A stretch of 64,000 nucleotides of DNA, from NCBI RefSeq assembly GCF_009914755.1, contig NC_060929.1; one strand, given 5' to 3'. The translations under genes were made by a program, and so were the position numbers. Each line of letters opens with the position of its first letter. The first letter of the stretch is position 1. Below, piece after piece: positions 56,300 through 64,000 of this stretch. This DNA is from the human T2T-CHM13v2.0 reference genome, Homo sapiens. The notes beneath the pieces were generated by a model. That model was given only the letters and a program-made list of their open reading frames with translations, did no database searches and had not been told where the DNA came from.

Positions 56300-57060
56300 A
56301 AAATAAGCTACTTCGATTTTAGAAAAGACGTTGACAATGTTTTTTACCAAAGGTTACTAAATGTTAAGTCACTGCTGAAATGGGAAATAGGCTTTTAGAA
56401 TGGCCCAACAACAGGTTTAAAATCAGAAATCAAACAGTAGGAATAGATGTTTATTTGACTAGAAAAGTATAAAGAGAGTGCCCCAGCAATTGATGATCAC
56501 ATCTGTTATGGTTTGAATTATGTGCCCCCAAAAGATATCTTTAAGTTGTAATACTAAATACCTGTGTATGTGACCTACTTTGGAAATAGGGTCTGTAGTT
56601 GTAAACTAGTTAATATGAAGTTGTTAGGGTGAGCTCTAATCCAGTGTGACTGGTGCCCTTATAAGAAGAGAAGAGAGGCTGACATACAGGGAAGACAGCC
56701 ATGAGAAGACAGAGGCAGATATTGGAATTATGCTATCACAAGCAAAGGAATGCCTGGGGCTACCAGAAGCTATAGGAAGTAAGGAAGGGTTATCCCCTAG
56801 AAATTTTGGAGGGAGCATGGCCTTGGCTAACACCTTGATTTCAGACTTCTGGCCTCCAGAACTGTAGGAGAGTAAGTTTCTGTTGTTAGAAGTCACCCGA
56901 TTTCTGGTACTGTGTTACAGCAGCCCTAGGGAATTAGTACAACATCTGTTGTGATTATTGTCTTTATAAATGATCTGAAAGAGGAGGGTCTTCCTAGTGA
57001 GGTATCTAGATGACATTAAAGTCTTCTAGTTGTGAAGAGCAAAACCAGTGAGTACAGATG
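56300..57060 (+). mobile_element. Ancient CR1/L3 reverse-transcriptase fragment split by MLT1
   Basis: ttcgattttagaaaagacgttgacaatg..taccaaaggttacta resembles CR1 'LDFxKAFDxVPHQRLL'. tttataaatgatctgaaagag..agatgacattaaagtc resembles 'FINDLE..DDTKL'. Confidence 0.6.
56504..56944 (+). mobile_element. MLT1B/C solo LTR
   Basis: tgttatggtttgaattatgtgccccc...acaccttgatttcagacttctggcctccagaactgt...cagcagccctagg. Confidence 0.9.
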
Positions 57061-57544
57061 ATGAACAAAGAAACACCAAAATTAGCTTCTCTCTGTGCTA
57101 GAACAAGTAACAAATCCAGCATCTTAAGATTTTATATTCTTTGACTGTAAGCACTGATTTCAACACATTTAATGTTGAAAATTGCTTCCAGATTTAATGT
57201 TTTATGATTTTATGAGCCTGGGTAAGTGCCTGGCACCTAATTAATGCTTAATGAATATTTAAAAAATAAATAAGTGAAACCAATCAGGGAATAAAATATA
57301 GGAAAATATAATTTTATTTTAATGAAAATATAAACTTATTCTGGTATAAAATTCAAATTATGGTTACAGTTAGGGAAAAATGAGTGCAGGGAGTGAATAC
57401 TGGGAAACTATACGCATTGTTTACTGAATATATCAACACTTAAGTAGAAAAACAAAATTAATAAATTGTTAATGTATCTTTGGAGACTCTTTTTTGGCAA
57501 AAGAATACCTTTGGTGAAATAGAGCAGTGACTTAATCTAAGAAA

Positions 57545-57780
57545 CAGTATAGTAGTTAATTGCATAGTTTCTGGAACAAAGTTGCATAGTTTCTGGATCC
57601 ACAGTCCTTGGATTTGAATATGTGGCATCAGCTATTTTTTGGCTATATAACTTTGGGCAAGTTAAACTTTCTGTACCTCAGTTTTCTCATCTGTAAACTA
57701 GGGTTTGTAACAGAAACTATTTCATAGGGTTAATGTGGGGAGTTAAATGAGATAATCCATCTAAAATGCCGAGAAAATGC
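57545..57780 (+). mobile_element. MIR
   Basis: ctttgggcaagttaaactttctgtacctcagttttctcatctgtaaa core. Confidence 0.8.
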
Positions 57781-58713
57781 TTTCTCCTAAGAAATTCTTT
57801 ACCCTATATTGTCTTTTATTGTTTATTAAATATAAAATTTTATAAAATTATTCTCAGTGTACAAAATGAGATTTATTTTGATGGACGTGATATAAAGAAT
57901 GGTTGTTGCGGACAATAAAATTTAAAAAGTGAGTATCCAAAAAAGAAAACTAGAGGAAATTATGCAAAAAGGCAAGAAAATTAAAAAATTTTTTTTTGAT
58001 TGCATCTAATTATAAAGGGAGCCAAAGACTTTAAAGAAGGAGATGTTTATGTCAGAATTGTGACCCAGGGAAGTTTTACGGAGTAAGACTTTTGACTCTC
58101 TTGCTCTTTTCTATTTTTCTTATTTGGTTTCATAAAGTTTCTTGAACTTTGGTCCCTTAGAAAGAATGTTCTGTACAATGCCTGAATATGATACCTGGCA
58201 TCTAGTAGTTGTATCTTTGTTTAAAAAAATGAATGAATAAAGCAGGGATTTATAAAGCAATTAACAAATCATTATAGAATAGGTTATCAAAAGTGGAGCC
58301 TTACTTTCCGATTAAACATTTATGGTTTTGAGTATCCCACTCTACTTCCTCTCTAGCCCTGACACTTCATTTTGTGTTAAGTGTAGTAGGTTTTTGTGGC
58401 AAGGAAATTTAAAATTTTTATTTCTGTTGAGACCTTAGAGATCATTTACACATAATTTATATTCTTTTCCTTTGAATGAAGAATTATAAAGTATTGGAGA
58501 GTTATACCTCAATAAAAAATAAAAAAAATTAAAACACATTGGATTAAGAAAAGCTTTGTAGCACAGCTATCTGCAAGGTTTTGTTTCAAGAAGTGCTTGA
58601 AAGTGAGGTATATTCTCAGAGACCTTGAGATCCAAAACCTAAAATAAGAAGACTTCTATATGTTTCTTAGGAATAAAATCAGGTATTTTATTTATCTAAT
58701 TTAAAAAATCAAA

Positions 58714-59023
58714 GGCCAGGTGCAGTAAGCTCACACCTGTAATCCCAGCACTTTGGGAGGCCGAGGCGGGCGGATCACCTGAGGTCAGGAGTTCGAGACT
58801 AGCCTGGCCAACATGGTAAAACCCCGTCTCTACTAAAAATACAAAAAAATTTAGCCAGGCACGGTGGTGGGCACCTGTAATCCCAGCTACTCAGGAGACT
58901 CAGGCAGGATAATCACTTGAACCCGGGAAGCAGAGGTTGCAGAGAGTCAAGAGCATGCCATTGCACTCCAGCCTGGGCGACAAGAGCGAAACTCTGTCTC
59001 AAAAAAAAAAAAAAAAAAAAAAA
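58714..59023 (+). mobile_element. AluS (Sq/Sp-like) just upstream of the FerT promoter
   Basis: Full, relatively CpG-rich Alu with gacaagagcgaaactc, an A23 tail and TSD aaaaaatcaa. Confidence 0.95.
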
Positions 59024-59029
59024 TCAAGT

Positions 59030-59301
59030 AGAACAGAGATTTATTTCTTAGATAGTGTTTCTTTACTTAATGTACAAGGATTTTCCGTTTGTTGCTCGAA
59101 AACGCAACATTTGTTGGCTGTATCTGTTCCTTTAATCCAGAACTGACTAGTATACTTCCATGCCAACAGGGGGAGATAGTATGAAATAGGAGATCCAGAT
59201 TTGCACCTCTCTTCTATCTTGCTTTTGCCTCACACAGGAAGGTTTGTTGGTAAATTGACTTCCTTGGGCCCACTGTCACTATCTCTTAGCTAAATTTTGA
59301 G
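59030..59301 (+). promoter_or_regulatory. Putative intronic FerT promoter and 5' UTR
   Basis: Non-repetitive segment between an Alu and the FerT ATG. Contains a CTCF/BORIS-like motif (59160-59178) and RFX-like half-sites (59090-59109). FerT is known to use an intron-10 promoter. The TSS cannot be determined from sequence. Confidence 0.6.
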
Positions 59302-59430
59302 ATGGAGCAGAAAATGAAATGTCCTCATTGTAAGGATCAGCTGGAGTCTGGTTTCGGCTCCCAATCCTGTAAAACATGTGCTTTAATGTTCAGCTCTGAG
59401 CCTTCCACATCAGAAGTCCACAGAGATCAG
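59302..59430 (+). CDS. FER: Alternative first coding exon of the testis-specific short isoform FerT (43 aa unique N-terminus)
   Basis: Strong Kozak context gagATGG, with an in-frame upstream TAG at 59287-59289. Encodes MEQKMKCPHCKDQLESGFGSQSCKTCALMFSSEPSTSEVHRDQ, followed by a CAG|gtaagg donor in phase 0 (same phase as the exon ending at 32485). Matches my recollection of the FerT N-terminus encoded within intron 10. Confidence 0.9.
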
Positions 59431-59752
59431 GTAAGGAGAAGTTCTGCCACAGGCCTACTTTACCCAGGGCCCCAGACATTATCTAAGAGTCCAGCAGGTC
59501 ATCTATTTTATGCGGCTGCTTCAAATGGGAAGGATAATTTCTCTTGACTTCTGAATCTGGTGGTAAACAAAATTCTTTTGAACAATGCTATCACTTAGAT
59601 GCTAAACCAAAGCCACTGAAAAAAATGAAAGTGGCTTCTTTTCACATTTGTATTTTATTTCATTTGTTTCCTTAATTCACCTCTCAGTTTTGAGAAAAAT
59701 ATGTCCTTTCCAGTATTTCAATACATGGAAGGTAAAAGAGAGTGCAGTTTTA

Positions 59753-59818
59753 TTGAATATTTGAGGAGAAACATGGCTCAGATTTTAAACTGAGCCATGT
59801 TTCTCCTCAAATATTCAA
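59753..59818. repeat. Perfect inverted repeat, 29-bp arms with an 8-nt loop
   Basis: ttgaatatttgaggagaaacatggctcag (59753-59781), attttaaa, ctgagccatgtttctcctcaaatattcaa (59790-59818). Confidence 0.97.
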
Positions 59819-60662
59819 CAAAGATGATATTAAGATTTCTATTTTTCAAATTTCAGTTTCTATTCTGGCTGGTGAGCTCAATTTAGCCTTGTTATTTTCA
59901 ATGTCTGTCACCAAAGGAAACTAATAATGTTTTTCTTGAACATAGGTATTTAATAGTTGGTGACCATAACTGGTAAAGCTTTTCATTATGATATGTAGCT
60001 ATATAGTTCAATGCTAATTTTGTAATCAATGTTTATGGTTTAATTTAGGAACTTGGAATACACTAATTCCTTACTCTTTTAATGTATAAAATATAATTTC
60101 TGTTACTAATAGGAATATAGCCCTATTTTAAATCTGTTGTGTTGGTGAAGAATTATATTTATATGTCATTTTGCGACTTAATTGCCTGCATTCTCTTGAG
60201 TCCCTTATTTAATGCCTCTCTTTTTTAGGCTTTCTTTTTTCAGATTCACTATATTAGGAAAACCTAATTCTGGTCTTCAAATAAGAATTGTCAATGCCAA
60301 AAAAGTTTATGTATTTTCTTTATTTTGAAGATAGTTGAAATACATACACGATTCTTGCTTTAATATTACTACATCCAGTGTTTGGGTTATGGTGTTCCAA
60401 ATATGTGTCTTATATTATTGGATAAGTACTGTTTGTAAATATAATGACCATTACTTGTGTGCATAAGTTTTGCTTATCTGGTTTATAAATTTATAAAAAT
60501 ATTAGAGGATATTGAATCCATTGGGATCATCTTCTCCAAATTATCATTTTATATATAATAATGTCTCTGAAGCCTGAGGTAATTAATGACTCACATAGCT
60601 AGCTAGTGACTTGCATAACTTAAATTTTTTTAACTTTAAAAAAGTCTCGCTTTCTTGTTACC

Positions 60663-60991
60663 CTTCAATCTCTGATATATATTCTTTTATGATCCTTCTT
60701 TAATATTTTTCTTTTTTTTTATACACAGTCATTGTCTTTTCAAAACATTTTGTGCTTTTTATTTATTTTTGAAATTGTTCTTAATTCTCTTAAATTTTAT
60801 TAACTTTTTTCTTTTATATTAGAATCTTCAATCTCTGATATATATTCTTTTATTATCCTTCTTTAATATTTTTCTATGTATTTTTTTATACATACCATCG
60901 TTGTCTTTTCAAAACAATTTTGTGCTTTTTATTTGTTATTTTTGAAATAGTTCTTAATCCTCTTAAATTTTATTAACTTTTTTCTTTTATA
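60663..60991. repeat. Two-copy tandem duplication, period about 163 bp
   Basis: cttcaatctctgatatatattcttttat starts at 60663 and 60826. Both copies end ...taaattttattaacttttttcttttata. Confidence 0.92.
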
Positions 60992-61895
60992 GTAGTTCTA
61001 CTACATATCTTCAAAGTAAAGTAGAAAAGATTACAGTTTTATTATTTTTCTCATTTATGTAAATTCTGTTCAGAGTAAATAGAATAAGAATTTTTGCTTT
61101 GATGGCTATCACCCACCATCCTTAGGAAGGCATTACATGTAAGGATGCACACTGACTCTTGAAATTTTAAAACAATTCAACAAGTACATACTTAATTGAA
61201 CTCTCATAATTATGAACTTCTACCCATAGCCTTGATGATTTATCTTGGTTATTAACTAATACTGACCTAAGTATAATGAGACCTCTTGATAAACCTAAAA
61301 ATATACTTTTAAGTACTTTTCATTGTCAGTCTGCTCAGTCAGATGTTACCACACTCACTTGGAGACATACATATTCAGTCACACATACCTGAATTGATCA
61401 TAGGAAGCCTTTGTATTCTCATGGAGTCACTATTTAGCCTCTGTGTTTTATACAGATGTTCTTGACATCTTTTGTTTTTATATTCTGGTATTATTTATGA
61501 TTTTTTTTTCAGTGAATTCTTACCACCATAAAGTACATACTGATTCACGAGAGTATATTTTAGGCAGAAGTTGTCCTTTTATCAGAAACTGACATTCCTC
61601 TGGAGATGAGACTAGTCTAGACATAGTTTTCTGGTAAGCCATAGCCCCTCAAGCTGCTTTTCTGGGTCATCTGTTCCCTCCAAGTAGTGTGTCATATTGA
61701 TATTGTATTATGTGTGGTAGATCCATTCTTTATTGGAATTTCACTTCCCTCTCCTATTATAATACACTTTTCCATCTTGTAAGAATTTTTAAATTTGGCC
61801 TTTGAAAGCTCATTCTGGTAAGCAAACTTCCTGTTCAACAGAAGATTGCTCATTCTCCCATATCCCATGTAATTCAGCATTGAGAAGTGGCTCTT

Positions 61896-62198
61896 TTTTT
61901 TTTTTTTTTTTTGAGACGGAGTCTCGCTCTGTCGCCCAGGCCGGACTGCGGACTGCAGTGGCGCAATCTTGGCTCACTGCAAGCTCCGCTTCCCGGGTTC
62001 ACGCCATTGTTCTGCCTCAGCCTCCCGAGTAGCTGGGACTACAGGCGCCCGCCACCGCGCCCGGCTAATTTTTTGTATTTTTAGTAGAGACGGGGTTCAC
62101 CTTGTTAGCCAGGATGGTCTTGATCTCCTGACCTCATGATCCACCTGCCTCGGCCTCCCAAAGTGCTGGGATTACAGGCGTGAGCCATCGCGCCCGGC
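61896..62198 (-). mobile_element. AluYb8-lineage element (human-specific)
   Basis: Diagnostic 7-bp duplication cggactg-cggactg (61942-61955), plus caccttgttagcc and gcttcccggg. Perfect 14-bp TSD gagaagtggctctt (61882-61895, 62199-62212). Confidence 0.93.
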
Positions 62199-63334
62199 GA
62201 GAAGTGGCTCTTAATGTGGGCTTTATTATTCCTTTACCCTCATGTGAAAGTCTTTGTGTTTTCAAGGCTTGTGAAGTTTGGTTGTATTGCATTTTATCCC
62301 TGCTCATTGTCGAAATCTTTGGAACTTCTGTTCATTCCTCCTTATTCATCAATGCATGTGCTCTCTGGTTTAGTCTCTTTTTCTACTTTTGGTCATTTTG
62401 GGATGACGTTAGCAGTCACGTGGAAGACCCACCTAAAATTTAGTTTCTACATTTATTGATCTAAAAATAGTGTTGACTGAGGGATGGTAGCTGATAAGCA
62501 AATTTAAGTCAAGAGACTTTTTCTAAGAAAGACAGAAGAAGGCTCTTAGGTCTTCTTGTTTCTGTTGAGTAACTAGCACCAACTCCGGACTGCTTACTTT
62601 ACTTATGAATTTCATTTCATGAGAGACATAAAACCTTATTTATCTAGGTTAATTTTAGACATATTTCTGCCACAGTAGCTGAAAGCAACCCTAACTGAAA
62701 GAGTAGGTAAAATGTTGACAAAAATAGATAATATGGCTTAGCACAGTACCGCTAGTTTGATTGCTGTAGTTTGTTCGTTCCTTTTTTAGAAGGTGCTTGC
62801 TCCCAAATGCAGGAGCTTCTTGTGGCACTAAGTTTATGAAGGTAGAAGAATTCTAGTGCATCAATTAGATGTTACGGTGGATTTTAAAATCTGGCCATCA
62901 CACCTTGCTTTTGTAAATATCTATATTTTGAAGGCCTGGTACTTACCCTCCTGCCAGCTCCATACTTTCTGATGGAATTCTTAGGAAGTTTTTACTGCTG
63001 CCAATTGGCAATCATATCACAAAATATTTTAAAGCTATGTATATATTTCAGTTTTTGGTGATGTGACAATAGTATTTATGAAAATAAATTCGTGAGTTCT
63101 TGAAATGTATTATAGGGCTCAACTTTTTAATAAGAATAAAATAAATATTGTAAGGAATTGATTTTAATGGCTATTAAATATATTCAGAGAAAATAAGGTA
63201 ATTGTATTTCACATTGCCCTTTCTGATTGTTTAGTTTTAGGTACTGCTTTGGATACTCAGTTTCTAATTAATTTCTAGCAAAAGGTTTATTCTAGCTATG
63301 AACGGTATAATTTTTATATAGCATCTCCCTTGAA

Positions 63335-63420
63335 AGCATATACATGCATATATATATGTATATAAACTGTTTAATATATGTACATATACATATATATAAA
63401 GTCTGTATACATATAAACTG
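63335..63420. repeat. TA-rich low-complexity repeat with a duplicated tataaactgttt unit
   Basis: Directly visible. Confidence 0.7.
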
Positions 63421-64000
63421 TTTTTGCTCTTTTCTTAAAGAAGAGGGTGAGAGAGAATGAGGAGCAGAGCAGTAGAAAGTATGGTCAAAGTTAGAAAATA
63501 AATCAAAAGGATAATGATAGGTGAATGCTTTAATCTGTGTCTAATATTTTAGCCACATAAGCCTTGGAGTCTTTATAGTTTACTTTTTATTATATTTTTC
63601 TATGGATTTAAAAATGTTTTGTATACTTTATTTTGATGAATAAATATATCTGTAGGGATATGAGAACATTGAATATATGATAAAAATTTACCCCCAGATA
63701 TAGACTGTAAATAACCCTGAGGGGACTGGGAAAGAGGAAAAGTATGAAATGGGTTTTAGCCTTTTTACTCAATCACAGCGGGTAAGATGTTTCTATATTC
63801 CTAATGTCATAAAGGTATATATCCTGCAGTAATTAGTAAAAACAGACTGTTTGTTTTGTTTGTGATAGTAAAAAAGGGTTGGCTGCCTTAAAGTCTCTCT
63901 TTGCCAATCATTTTTTTTAATTAAAGAAGCACACAAAAATAGATTCCTCTGTTCCAGAATGTGTTACTGCTAATCCATTGTAAGTGGTGCCAGAACAAAG

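Noticed and set aside
59431-59547. C-terminal 38 aa of the 81-aa ORF
   Set aside because: Intronic read-through beyond a strong CAG|gtaagg donor.

Overview
Human (not microbial) genomic DNA from the middle of the FER non-receptor tyrosine kinase gene, which lies on the + strand. Species is inferred from an AluYb8, a human-specific subfamily. Five coding exons (184, 138, 120, 123 and 190 bp) have canonical AG/GT ends and splice in frame into the C-terminal F-BAR/FX coiled-coil region, ending at ...DARSVTSM. Deep in the following intron is the alternative first coding exon of the testis/cancer isoform FerT (59302-59430), with a CTCF/BORIS-like motif upstream. The rest is AT-rich intron full of Alu, L1, L2, CR1, MIR, MaLR LTR and DNA-transposon relics. 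I found no convincing wholly new biological system. The best leads are: (1) an LSM2 retrocopy with an unbroken reading frame, inserted sense-wise into a THE1 LTR that supplies an in-frame replacement ATG; (2) a perfect 29-bp-arm inverted repeat just downstream of the FerT exon; (3) a CxxC-x12-CxxC motif in the FerT-specific N-terminus; (4) an intact MER85 piggyBac MITE, a Y1 RNA retrocopy and several repair or retrotransposition scars. Repeat subfamily names and exon numbers come from recalled consensus sequences, not from a search. Boundaries of old repeats are approximate.
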